Part shown: positions 13,301 through 26,100 of the stretch, in pieces
How the letters are laid out: each line of letters starts with the position of its first letter
Numbering within the stretch: the stretch's first letter is position 1
Source: Azolla caroliniana
Lineage: Eukaryota > Plantae > Polypodiophyta
DNA: 64,000 nt
Assembly: GCA_043228905.1 (NCBI GenBank)
Contig: JBHGNT010000011.1
Coordinates: 15,190,001-15,254,000, forward strand
Direction of reading: 5' to 3'
The notes under the pieces: generated by a model
The model's database searches: none
Seen by the model: the letters and a program-made list of their open reading frames with translations, nothing else
What the model was told of the DNA's origin: nothing
Position numbers and translations under genes: made by a program

Positions 13301-14031
13301 TTTATGAGCCCAAAAGGCATAACTGTATACTCAAAATGGCCCTATCGAGTGCGAAATGCCATCTTCCACTCGTCTCTCGGTCGAATACGGACAAGATTAT
13401 ATGCACCCCTTAGATCAATCTTGGTAAAATGCTTTGCCCCACCAATGCGCTCTAAAAGGCTGGAAATTAAAGGTAGAGCATACCTATTTCTTATTGTGAC
13501 TTTATTTAATCCCCGATAATCCACGACCAAACGAAGTGAACCGTCCTTTTTCTTCACGAAAAAGATAGGAGCACCAGCTGGAGATTTTGAATGTCAAATA
13601 AATCCACTTGAAAGATTCTCGTCAATGTATGCTCAAAGAACCTCAAGCTCCGTTGGTAACACATTGTAGATTGGACCCCATAGTGGCTCTTTTCCTTGCT
13701 GTAGATCAATGGGACAATCGTATGGCCGATGCTTTGGGAGTACACTAGCTTTGCCTTTGTCGAAGACATTAACATATTCTTGGTACTTTTTAGGAATGTA
13801 GACCTCTGACTTCCCTTGAGTGTCACTAGAAGGTGCAGCTGATATGGCAAATAAGAATAAATCTTCTTTTGCTCCTTCTTGGCATAATTGTTCTAGGGTG
13901 ATGGTTGAAATTTGATGAAGAAGAACAACATGTTTGGTAGAGGGTGAATTGGTAACACTATGTTTTTCAAGGGGAGGATCCTGGGTTCGACCCTTGACTA
14001 CTATGTTTCCTTTTGAAGGGCACCTAATTTC

Positions 14032-17000
14032 TGTAAACGTAAGTGTTTGAGGAAGCGTAAAACAGAGAACAACACAGAGAGAGAGAGAGAGAGCAGAACA
14101 CAATTTCAAAAATTATATCAAGATTCTGTACACACACTATGCTAAGTAGCACTATTTATACAAGTCCTCTTGGGACTGACAGAAGTACCATGTACTTCAA
14201 TGCTCACACGAGCATCTGACACTTACTACGAGACTATAGCTACCTAGTAGTCTATCCTATACTAGGCTTCCGATTGGACTTTCGGTTACGGATTGCACCC
14301 GGCCTCCACTGCTTGCCTGTTCGGTTGCTCACTGTCATACTGATCCGTTTCGCCCGATCCGTCTCGCTTACCGGCTCTGGCTTATTCAGCCGATCCGGCT
14401 CCGGTTGAGCTTGCCGCTCAACACTCCCCCTCAAGCTCAACCTGAGGTGGGGTCGTAGTGTCGACCTCTGTGGCAGTCGGTTCTTCCAACCGACTTCTCC
14501 TGGCGTCAATCCGCCTTGCTCGCGCTCCTCGTCTGGTCCGGTCCCGTTTGCCGCGACCCCTTTGGTTCTGCGCGCCTCGACCCTCTCAGTCGGCATGTCT
14601 GCTCAATAGGCCCATCTCAGCACTCACGTTGCTGTGACTCCGGCGCTTGCAGATCCGTCGGTTCTCCCACGATGGCATCGACTTCCGCTGTGTCCGTGTC
14701 CCCTTGGCCTTCAGTCGATCCGACTCATCCGGATCCATCTGTTGATCCGAGTCAGCTGTCTCCGACTCGTTCCAGCTCTTGTCCGAATCGGTACACTCCG
14801 ATTCGACTTCCGGCTTCAGGCCTCTCACCACATTGGACCACTTCCGAGTCTTGGCCTTCTCCATGCTTCCCTCAGCTTCTTCAGCCGGTGAACCGAAATC
14901 GAATTCTTCATTCGACTCCGCATCATGATCAGTACCGTCGTGATGACCTCCGCACAGCATGCACTTCTCTTCCTGAGTGCACAATTCTTCTTCACAGCCG
15001 CTTGCTCCGACCTGTTTGGATGTGTCGACTTCCTTCGTCGACTCGGCTTCCTTCATCTTCTTGTCTCCTCTTCTTCCGGCTCTCCTCTTACTGACGGGTT
15101 CAACAATTTTTTGGCCTTTGCCCGTTTCGATAGAGACTTTGCCCTTGCTTCTCCCTCTAAGGTGCGGCACGTCGAGATGCTGAATACCAAACATGTCGGT
15201 AAAGTGCTGCAACTTGTCCGATCCGAGCGGCTTGGTGAAGATGTCGGCAACTTGCCGATCCGTATGAACATACCGTAGGTCAACTTCACCACTCAGGACC
15301 CGCTCATGCACGAAGTGGTAGTGCACCTCGATGTGCTTTGTGCGAGCATGGAACACAGGGTTCCTGGCAAGCTGCAGGCTGCTCATGTTATCGCAGTAAA
15401 TCGGGATCGGGGTCGGTACCTCGATCCGCAAGTCTCGCAGCAGTCGCCGAAGCCAGATGGCTTCACAAGTGGCAACGGTAGCGGCCCAGTACTCAGCCTC
15501 AGTGCTTGACAAAGCCACTGTGGGCTGCTTCTTGCTGCTCCACGCAACGGCCGCGCTACCTATGGAGAACATGTATCCGGAAGTGGAGCGGTGATCAGAC
15601 GCATCACTGGCCTAGTCAACATCTGTGTAACCGACAAGCTCTTCGGGTATACCTCGCCGGTATAGCAGTCCCCGGTCCTTAGTGCCGCTGACATACCGTA
15701 ATATTCGTTGCGCGCACTTAAGGTGCTCCACGGTCGGCTTCTGCATGAACTGGCTTACCATGCCGACCAGATAGCTGATGTCGGGTCGGGTGATGGTTAA
15801 GTAGATCAGGCTTCCGACAACCTGTCGGAACCGTTTCTCATTGCAGGCCGGTCCGGAGTTGGGACGAAGCTTCTGGTTCCGGTCCAGGGGTGTGGGGACA
15901 GGTCGACAATCCGTCATGCCGAACTTATACAGCATATTCAACACGTAATGTCGTTGTGAGAGCAATATGCCGTCGGGGGTCCGGATCACTTCGATCCCAA
16001 GAAAATAATGAAGGTCCCCCAGGTCCTTCATTTCGAATGCGTCCGACAACTGGGACTTGACGCGGTTGATTTCGGGAAGACCCGGTCCGGTGATGACTAA
16101 ATCATCCACATACAAGAGTATACATACCGGACCGTCAGAGCCTTGCCGGATGAACAACGAAGAGTCCGACTTAGAGACAGCAAACCCTAGCTGACGCAAC
16201 CGGTACGTGATCTTCACGTTCCAAGCTCGGGGGGCTTCCTTCAAGCCATAAAGCGACTTCTTCAGTCGGTATACTGCCGATTTGTTCATCTCCGATTGAA
16301 ATCCGGGGGGCTGAGTGATAAAGACTTCTTCTTCAAGCTCTCCTTGAATGAAGGCGTTCTTCACATCCATCTGGTGAAGATGCCACCCCCTTGCCGCAGC
16401 AACCGCCAGTACCACACGAACCGTCGCCATCTTCGCCACAGGAGCGAAGGTCTCGTCGTAGTCGATGCCGTGGGTCTGCGCGTATCCCTTCGCCACTAAC
16501 CGGGCTTTGTACCGGTTAACAGAACCGTCGGCGTTGTACTTGACCTTGTACACCCACTTGCATCCAATCGGTTTACAATGACGGGGAGGATCAACTAGGT
16601 CCCAAGTTTCGTTGGCATCGAGTGCCCGCATTTCTTCGTCCATAGCGGCACACCAATTTGCGTCCTTTGCCGCTTCTGTGTAGCTCTCCGGCTCACGCAC
16701 TTCTGTCACCTTAGTCATGTACGCATAATGATGCGCCATGTATTCATTGTACCCGTACCGCACGACGGGATCCTTCTGACGGGTTGATCGGCGCAACGCA
16801 CCGTCACCTAATTTGAGGCCCTTCTTGGCTAGTTTGGTCTTCGTTGCCGAAGATCTGCCTTTCTCCTTTCCGGAGTCGGATACGCACCGATCCGACTCAT
16901 CGTTGCCGGTTTCGAATTCCGGCATCTTCCTCTTCCCCTTCTCTTTGCGCGTGAACCGTTTCCTCGGTTCCTTGCGCGGGGAGAGCACGGCAGAGTCTCC

Positions 17001-19986
17001 ACCACTTGCCGTCTCTTCATCCGACTGGTCTAACCGACTTAGTCGCTCGTTCGGTCCACTCAACCGAAATGATTCCGGACTCTCATCTTGAGTCCCGGCT
17101 TCATCATCCTCTGCTAGGGCTGATTAAGGCTCACTGGCCTGATCTTCCGGCATTGGGTCGGGATCGGAAGTCGGAGTCGGTACAGAGTACCAGGATGCCG
17201 ATTCGTCGAACTCGACATCCCGGCTAACTCGGACTTCCTTCGTCCGGGGGTTATACCACTTATACCCCTTTTGCTCTTGAGCATAGCAGACTAGGATGCA
17301 TTTTTCCGATTTTGCATCCAGCTTTCTCCGCTTCTGATCCGGCACATGCACATAAACTATGCTGCCGAATATCCGAAGGTGTCTTAAGTTCGGCTTGCGC
17401 CCGAAATACAGTTCATGAGCTGACACCTTGTCACCAATGCGGTTTTGTATGTAGACGGCCGTCTGGACCGCCTCCGCCCAGTAGAACCGGGGCATGCTCT
17501 TCTCCTCGAGCATTGCCCTTGCCGCTTCGACGAGTGTCCGGTTCTTCCTTTCGGCCACACCGTTTTGCTCCGGTGTGTATCTGCAACTGAACTCTCGCCG
17601 AATTCCCTTCTGTTGCAGATAACTAGTGAATTGGCCGGAAAAATATTACTTTCCGCCATCCGACCGAAGGCATTTGATCTTCCTCTCTGATTCCCGTTCC
17701 ACCATCTTCTGGAGGCTCCGGAAACAGTCGAAGATTTCTCTTTTCCGCTCAATGAGGTAGATCCAAGTATGTCGTGTATAGTCGTCGATGAAGGAGATGA
17801 AGTATCGGCTCCCGCCAAGGCTTACACTTTGTGCCGGTCCCCACACATCCCAATGGATGAGATCGAGCTTGTTACGGCTCCAGTTCCGTTCGGTGGGGAA
17901 TGGAAGCCGGTGTTGCTTCCCAAGTTGGCAGGCTTCACAAATTTCGGTTCTCCGGCCGCTGAACTTCGGCAAACCGAAAACGACTTGTTTCGTTTGCAGG
18001 TCTTGAAGCCTCCGGTAGTTGACGTGGCCTATCCGCTTGTGCCACAGGTTGATGTCCGACTCGACCTTCCTTCGTTTCGTGAACAGAGCGGTGCCAAAGT
18101 CATTGGTGTTGAGGATAAACATCCTCCCGTCTCTGCGCCCTTGCGCAATGACTTCGCCCTCATCCTCAATGAAGCACCCGAGGTGCGTAAACCGCACCTG
18201 CATCCCCTGGTCGACAATCTGACCGACGGACACCAGGTTCTTCGTGATTGTCGGAACGTGTAATACGTTCATCAGCTTCCCTTTCTGTCCGACGTGGCTT
18301 AGAGGGACTTCTCCGACGTGCACGATTCGGTGAGGAGTGTCGTCTCCGGTTTCGACTACTCCTGGTTGATCCGGTTTCTCCAGAAAGGAGAACCACTCTT
18401 TGTGGCTCGTCATGTGGTTCGACGCGCCGGAATCAACATACCACACTTCCTCCATTTTGGAAGTGGTCTTCTTCATTGAGTTTGCCTTGTGATTCATCAC
18501 CAAGGCTGGCCCCTTACCGGCCTTTCCGGTTCTGGATCCTCCTGATCCGTTTGCGTAGTGCGAGTTTTGCCGGCCATCCTTACCGGTCTTGGCGGATCCG
18601 GATTTGTCCGAATCGGCACGCTTTCTCCAGCACTCGCTTTCCCTGTGGCCTTTTTTGCCACACTACCAACATTCCGTAGCGGATTTGTCTTGCCAGCCTC
18701 CGGCACCGCCTTGACTCCCCCTGCTTGTGGAAGTCCCGGAACTGCTGTCGGCACGCTCATAGTGCCTCCGTTCCTGCTCTTGTCGGCCGCCTCCATTGCG
18801 TGCCGACCCACCTCTTCCACCATGCCCACGGAGCCGATCCGTTCCCGTGTACAACATTCGGCTGTCCGGGGATGCACTGTTAGATGCACCGGCGTGGTTC
18901 TCCTCTACAAGGAGCATCGACTGTAAGTCGAAGAATGAGGGGGTATTCTCCCTTGTACACACCGCAGTCCGGAACGCTCCGAACTTGGACGCCAGGCCTC
19001 CGAGACATACCTGCGCCATCTCGTCTTCCTCTACGGTAACATTGATAGAGGCGAGTGAGTCACAGATCTCCTTTATCCGGCTCGTGTAGTCTGTCACGGA
19101 CATGTTCTTCTGTCGAACATTGCTCAACTCCTGTCTGAGTTGCAGCTTCCGGGCAGTGGTGCTTGCGGTGAAAACCTTTTTCAGGTTCCCCCAAGCATCC
19201 TTCGGTGTCTTGGCGTCACGGATGTGGCTGACCAGCTGATCGCCGACACTGGACGCGAAGCAGTACATCACCCTGCTTGCCGCCTGTTCCCATACCGGGA
19301 AGTCCTTGTGTGCCGAGTCTGGCGCCGCATCATTCGCTCCTTCGACATAACTCCAGTACCCGTGTCCAAGCAGGTACTGGTGCATCTTGTAAGACCAGGA
19401 TGCGTAGTTGCTCCTGTCGAGCTTCTCCACCGGGAGCGACGTAGCCATGCCTCTATCCATGTCTTCTACTGTGTCTATTTTCGACCTGTTAGGGTTTTCT
19501 TCTCAAGAGTAAATGTCTGCAGCAGAGGTTCCCAACCCTCGCGCTCTAATACCATGTAAACGTAAGTGTTTGCGGAAGCGTAAAACAGAGAACAACACAA
19601 AGAGAGAAAGAGAGAGAGAGAGACAGAGACAGAGAGAGACAGAGAGACAGAGAGAGTAGAACACAATTTCAAAAATTATATCAAGACTTTGTACACACAC
19701 TATGCTAAGTAGCACTATTTATACAAGTCCTCTTGGGACTGACAGAAGTACCATGTACTTCAATGCTCACACGAGCATCTGACACTTACTACGAGACTAT
19801 AGCTACCTAGTAGTCTATCCTATACTAGGCTTCCGATTGGACTTCCGGTTACGGATTGCACCCGGCCTCCACTGCTTGCCGGTTCGGTTGCTCACCGTCA
19901 TACCGATCCGTTTTGCCCGATCCGTCTCGCTTACCGGCTCCGGCTTATTCAGCCGATCCGGCTCCGGTTGAGCTTGCCGCTCAACA
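14032..19986 (-). mobile_element. Copia-2: full-length Ty1/Copia element, same family as Copia-1
   Basis: TSD ATTTC (14027-31, 19987-91); LTRs 14032-14423 and 19555-19986 (length difference from GA microsatellite); PBS TGGTATTAGAGC (tRNA-iMet-like, 19543-54); PPT next to 14424. Confidence 0.97.
14586..19460 (-). pseudogene. Copia-2 gag-PR-IN-RT-RH polyprotein, interrupted, with long extension after RNase H
   Basis: ORFs 18663..19460 (gag), 17646..18503 (WYVDSGAS protease, integrase N-term), 17124..17558, 15612..17063 (RT YVDD), 14586..15572 (RNase H plus extension). Confidence 0.92.
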
Positions 19987-21476
19987 ATTTCTCGTCGTCT
20001 CCAATCAATTCTTGGGTTGTGTAGCTCGAACCATGGCAAACCAAGGACAATTGGATGCTCAAGGCTATGCATTATGTTAAAGGAGACTACACATCCTAAA
20101 TCACCTAAGAGTATGTATATCGGCTCAGACTCCTCGAATATCTTTCCAGAAGCTATGGGACGTCCATCAATTACTACTACAGAAACTGGGCAAGGAAGTT
20201 TATGCAAGGCTATTTGATGTTTTCAAGTGCCAAAATCTCTATCCATGAAACAAGAATTGGCTTCGGTATCTAAGAGAGTTGGGACATGAAGTTGACAACT
20301 TGGTGTCCTAACTTGTACTTGGCTTGAGAAAACTCTACTAACATGCTTGGAAGAGATGGAACCCACACTAGGCTGTATAGATCTAGGACTAACCAACCAA
20401 ATGGCTCCGATTTTGGCCGGACTTATTCGTTTGACTCCTCTTCTAATTGGCTTAGGACCTCAAACTTTTTGGATAGAGTTGGATTACTAGAAACACTAGT
20501 TGGCACACTTTCAACAATGTTAGACTCATTTCTATTATGAAAAATGCTAGACTCATTTCTATTATCGACAATGAATGGCAATATGTCCTGGACCTCCACA
20601 ATATAAGCATAGTCGATTTGCTCGACGACTTTGTTTCTCTTCATCTGATAAAGGTCCTCGTCGCCGGGTCATATCAATCTCCATTGGTGTCGGGCAATCC
20701 ATTGGTGTGGGGCTACGTGCTTGCCGTGGAGTTGGGACGGGGCTATATTGTTGCCTTGAATATTGTGCCCTCACTAATGCATAAGTTGGTGTAAATCTTG
20801 ATCTTGTTTGTTGTTGTTGTCGCTCGGACCAACGCTCAAAAAGCCGATTATCACACTGTATTGCTCGGCTAATAGCTTCTGTAAGGGATTTTGGATCCTC
20901 AAGGAAGGTAAGAAGTAAATCTTTTATATATTGTTATTCCTTAGGGCTGTCATGATATGGCAAGACTCGAACCCATGACCTTATGCTACATGGGTCGAGC
21001 TCTTGACCATTAGACTATACATTGTAATACGTAGAATATTATTTTCATTTATGTTTTATTATAGAAAATTGATGTATATTCCAGATTTCTCTGGAACATT
21101 CTAGAAACTTCAGGAGTATTTCTTAGAACACTATAAAAGGAGGTACGAGGCATTATTTCGAACCAAATCGGTTCAACGCCAGTCTTAAGCCTCCTAGCTA
21201 CTACTGTACATTCTCTTCACATAATATATATCTTTTCTTATCATCTCTCTCTCTCTCTCTCTCGATCTCTCTCTCCCTCCCTCTCACTCACTCTTTCCTT
21301 CTCTCGAGAGTTCTTCACTTCTCTTAGTACTAATACTTCTTTTAGTACTAATTCCTTCTCTGTCTTAGTACTGTTCCTGACAGTTTGAATCGATTTTGAT
21401 CGATCTTCCTTTCCTCCTCTTCCTTTCCTCCTTTTCCTTTTATCTTCTTATTAATCCTCTTATCCTCCATAGTAAA

Positions 21477-22619
21477 ATGGAAACTGTTAGCGCTCAGGAA
21501 TACCAATCTGTTTTCTCGGAGCTCCAGTGCTTAAAAGAGAAATTTGTAGCACTAGAACAAGAAAATCATCGCTTGTTGGGGGATCTTCAACAAATAGCGC
21601 TGGAAAAACAACAACAACACTGGGAGCTGACACTACGTGTACAACAACTCGAAGCAACTATCATATCATTACAACAACAAGGATCAAGCACTCAAGGGAT
21701 TCACAAAGAACCCAAGATCGGTCTTCCTGCAAAATTTGATGGGACCCGATCACAGTTTAGAGGGTTTTTGAATCAGGTACGTTTAGTGATACAAATGCAT
21801 CCTTCTCGATATCCCACTGATGCATCACGAGTGGGACTAGTAGGCACTCTCCTTAGTGGCTCAGCGTTAGCATGGTTTGCTCCATTGTTGGAAAAGGATT
21901 CTCCATTATTAAACAGTTTTGAAGAATTTATAAGTGAGTTTAAGGCCTGTTTTGGAGATACTGACAGCATAAGGACTGCAATCAACAAAATCCGGCGATT
22001 ACGCCAAGGTGATCGTCTAGCTTCCGCATATGCTGCAGATTTCTGCCTACTCGTTGCCGATATCCCTTGGGATGATCACGCATTGATGGAGCAATTCCGT
22101 TATGGCTTACGCAACGATGTCAAGGATTTACTCTTGACCTTCCCCGAAGAGCCAAAGTCATTAACAGAAGCAATTAGTCGCGTGGTGAGATGCGACAACC
22201 GCCTCTTCAAACGATGTTCGGAACGACAATTCCAGATTCTGAGGGCAAGATCAGAGCCTACCTATGCCTCAGTGGTAGCGAAACCTTTTCCGAGGGAATC
22301 ATATAATGCGCCTCCAGCAAGTACTCCAACTCCGATGGAAATTGACACCACACGTCGTTGTGGACCGCTATCGGAAGAAGAAAAGCAACGACGCCGAGCA
22401 AACCGACTATGTCTTTATTGCGGTGGACCAGGGCATATCGCGGTAAACTGTCCCCATAGGACAAGAAGGCAGGTAAACCAAATAGTTGCTTGTTCTGATT
22501 GTGCTAAACCCGAGTCTATTTCAGTAGGGATATCTGATAGTCCTAATAGTACTAATAGCCCAAATCTAGCGAACAAATTTGATGTCCTTAGTCAGTTAGA
22601 AGAAGAGTTAAACAACTAA
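21477..22619 (+). CDS. gag: Chromo-2 Gag (N-terminal coiled coil, capsid, CCHC knuckle)
   Basis: First in-frame ATG 21477 (METVS...); PAKFDGTRSQFRGFLNQ, LRQG motif, CLYCGGPGHIAVNC. Confidence 0.9.
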   Translation: METVSAQEYQSVFSELQCLKEKFVALEQENHRLLGDLQQIALEKQQQHWELTLRVQQLEATIISLQQQGSSTQGIHKEPKIGLPAKFDGTRSQFRGFLNQVRLVIQMHPSRYPTDASRVGLVGTLLSGSALAWFAPLLEKDSPLLNSFEEFISEFKACFGDTDSIRTAINKIRRLRQGDRLASAYAADFCLLVADIPWDDHALMEQFRYGLRNDVKDLLLTFPEEPKSLTEAISRVVRCDNRLFKRCSERQFQILRARSEPTYASVVAKPFPRESYNAPPASTPTPMEIDTTRRCGPLSEEEKQRRRANRLCLYCGGPGHIAVNCPHRTRRQVNQIVACSDCAKPESISVGISDSPNSTNSPNLANKFDVLSQLEEELNN

Positions 22620-23197
22620 GTCCAGCCAAAATAGGAGCCGTTTGGTTGGACAGCCCTAGATCTGTGCAACCCATTAGTGGTTCCATTCCCTCTAAGCAAG
22701 TTAGCAATGTGTTCGTAGCCCAAGTAACAGTTAGTACTAAAAGTACTCCTCCAGTACATGTCTTAGCACTTCTAGATTCTGACGCTAATTCTTGCTTCAT
22801 GGATAGGAAATTTGCCCAAGCTCATCAGATATCTCTCAGAAAACTCCCGTGTCCTGCCCTTGTAGTAGTCGTCGATGGTCGCCATTGCCTCAGGAAATAT
22901 CATAGAAGAGTCAGAGCCCGTTAATGTTGTCCTAGATAATCTAGCATGTGTCATATCATTTAATATAATTAGCATCCCAGAACACCCCATTGTCTTAGGA
23001 TTAACATGGTTCAAATTACATAACCCAGACATAGATTGGCGGACAAGAGAAATCCGGCATCGAAAAGCCCGAGGGTCTACTCATGAGATTGCAATGATTT
23101 CACTACATCAGTTGCGTGAGGAAGGATGCAAGGAAGAAATGTTCCTCTTCGCAATATCAGTAAACCCCTCCAGCACCACTAAAGAGGATTCCACCGT
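22620..23197 (+). pseudogene. Chromo-2 pol 5' part (protease, LLDSDANS), frameshifted and interrupted by TrpGy-1
   Basis: ORFs 22646..22924 and 22875..; homologous to the Chromo-3 pol N-terminus. Confidence 0.85.
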
Positions 23198-26100
23198 TGT
23201 CGTGAAGAAAAACGTCCCTTGGCGCAATTGGTGCATAGCGCGCGCGAACCGGCTCTTCACGCGTGCGCGCCCCTTAATGTATATAATAGGGAATTAGGTA
23301 CATAGGTATATCTTGGGTAGTTAGATTCGGTAGGTAGGAAGTAAATGAGGGAAACAGCTCCCTTCTTGAAGATATAAAAAAGAGGGAGACGCAGGGAGAG
23401 GGATATAGCGCATTGAGGAGGACGAAGTGTTGTCGGACCGTAACTGAACGCTTCTCCTCTGTTCGTTCTCCATCGCTCTTCTCTGCAGGTTTTCGGGAGG
23501 CTCGCGCTGCTTCGAGGAACGCCCGTGTGCTTCCGGCAGCACCCCCATCCTACCCCCTTTCGTGTGCAGACGAACAGGCATCGGCATCTGTTCGCCAGCC
23601 TGTTCGGTTGTAACCTCTCGCGTGCTCTGTTGTTTATTTGTCATTCGTTAATATACAAACATTTGTGTCTCTCTATCTCTGTGTCCATTCGCGTCTTCTA
23701 CGTTGACGGGTCGTGCCCCTGTGTTTCTTTGCTCATACGTAACCGGGCGTCTCTCTCTTTCTCTTTCCCCTTCTAACACCTGCTCTTCGGTTCAAGACCC
23801 CGGTGGTCCCGCCTCGTTTCTCCACGCACGCGCGTAGTAACGCGAACTCTTTGGTGAACCCGACGTGAAAAAGGCTGCAGAGGAGCAGAAGATGAGGGGG
23901 TCGGATCTTGCAGAGGCCATGGCTTCGGCCGTGGACCAGATAGAGAGCGCGCGCGAGGGCACCGGCGCCCTTGACAGGGCTATTGAGGCGATCGTCGGTA
24001 CGATCGGCCGTTTAAGTGGAAAGGATGCCACGAGTTATTTGGCGTCCTACCGGGCGGAGATGTTGATGAGGGATATTCCGGAAGAGAGGCGTCTTGCCGG
24101 ATTCCCTCGAGTGGCGATGCCGGGCATCCATGCGGAGGTGCTCGAGGTCCGGGCGGAGAGCCGGACCTGGGAGGAGTTCGAAGTACGGCTCCTGGAGAAA
24201 TACGGGCTGGATGACGCGCTTCGGCTTTCGAAGCGGGGCTTCATGGAGTGGGTGGAGTCCCCCAACAAAGGAAGAAATGCGTCGGTACTCTTCCGGGAGT
24301 TTGAGGAACGCTTTGCGCGCCTTTCGGCGCTCGATCGGACCGTTCTAGACACAAGTCATGTCCTACTGTTTGTCAAATCGGTTGACGCACGGGATCGGGA
24401 GCAAGTGGGTTCCTTACTGGAAACCGAAGACGGGCTGACGGCCGACTGGGCCGCGGTAAAAAGAGTCTGCGGCTGTTTTGACAAACGGTGGGAGTGGGCT
24501 GATACAGGGGCGGGTCCTGTCGCAGCAAGGAAGCTCGAACCAATACCACAGGCGCGAAGGGAAGAGACCCGGGAGTGGCTCAAAACCGGTTCGGCTTCGG
24601 CCGGCGTGGTCAGAGGCTCGTCCGGGGGAACAGCTTTGGAGGAGTTGACACGGGCGGTAAAGGATCTCCAGATCGCCTAGGCTTGGAGGGAAGGCGGCGA
24701 ACAAGCTCGTGACCGACGGCCTTCGGCAGGAAATAGGTGCATGTGGTGCGACGAGGTCGGCCACATCCGGAAAGACTGCGGGGACTTTGCGGAGGCTTTG
24801 AGAAGCCGGGTAGTGTACCTATGGGAAGGTCAGGTGCACGCCAGCGATACCCGGAGGGCCCTGAACCGAAACGACGGGCGAGGAGGAATGAAAAGGCTGA
24901 TGGAAGAGACGGCGGCCCGGCACGCGGAGACCGTCCACTACTCAGCGTCAGCCCGTATTCGGGTCGGAGGCAGCGATGCCCGGAAGGAGAGCAAAGCCGG
25001 GTTCTGGCCGACGGTGCTGGAAGGCCTCGTCGGTGCCCGACTAAAGAAAGACGAGGCGGACCGCGCGGAGAAGCAGGTTCAGGAGTTAACCGAGTGGAGT
25101 GACCCGGTCAAAGAAAAGACGGGTTTCGTCGAAGCAGCTTGCCAGAACTACGAGGCGATGGTTGAAGACAAACGGGTAGGTAAGACCGGAAGGGTCGGAC
25201 CCTCACAAAGATACGAAACCCGATTCGGGCTAAAACAGAACGAGGCCGGTGAGACCAGTGCCCGGGATAACCACAGGAAGGGCGGATACCGGTTGGGCAC
25301 GGAGATCGAAAGGACCACGGACCTACGAAAGGTCCTGGAAGAACGAATCCTCGACAGCAAGGTGGAATTGTCGTTGCGGGAGGTGCTCAGAATCGCCAAG
25401 AAGGAGTTCCACGACTCCATCGTAGACTTGGTGAAGAGGAAGAGGCTGTCGACGGAGATAGAACCGGAAAGGCCGGTGGAGGTGCGGACGACGCACATAG
25501 AGGACATGCCGCTGGAAGACGAGTGGGCGGAGAGCCACTATTCGAGGCCACACTAGGCCCGAGCGACCACGGAAACCCCGGTGAAGATCGGAGATGTTCA
25601 TGAACCGGTGGTGGCGTTGGTGGACCACGGCTCGGAAATAAACATGATGTCCATGGACTTCTATAAGAAGGGGAAATGGCTGGTCAACACCAAGCACGGG
25701 TGGAAGATACGGGCGGCGACGCGCGCCACCAAGGAACTACACGAGGCCTGCCCAAACGTGCGAGTCAAGATCGGCGACGTCGAGATAGACTAGCACTTCT
25801 TTGTACAGGAGACGTCCTCGCACCCGGTCATACTAGTAGGACCGTACATTACGGCAGCGCGAATGGAGACCAAGGTGTTGGACAACGGTGTCGAGGTTTT
25901 CCTCGCGGATGCGTGGAATGAGGCGGGACCTCAGGGGTCCTGTACCGAAGAGCAAGAGAGAAGGGACAAGAGACCCACTACGTGCGAGCGTAGATTCACA
26001 GGGACACGGCCCTTCGACACAAAGACGCGAGTGGGACAGCGACACAGAGAGACACGAATGTATGTATGTATTAACAAAGACAACAACAAGAACACGGAAG

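Larger units (their letters stand above)
10395..20931 (-). mobile_element. Chromo-1: degenerate Tcn1/Tf1-like chromovirus (Ty3/Gypsy); 5' part lies beyond the window
   Basis: 3' LTR ~10395-10797 (TGTCATG start on minus) with PPT AAAGAAGGGATAG; chromodomain EYEVASILDSKIVRNKLYYLVDWLGY, integrase 11581..12222, RNase H 12292..12855, RT (YLDD) 12925..13557, protease ~19992-20290, gag CLYCGGPGHIAIHC; interrupted by Copia-2 and, in gag, by element X. Confidence 0.92.
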
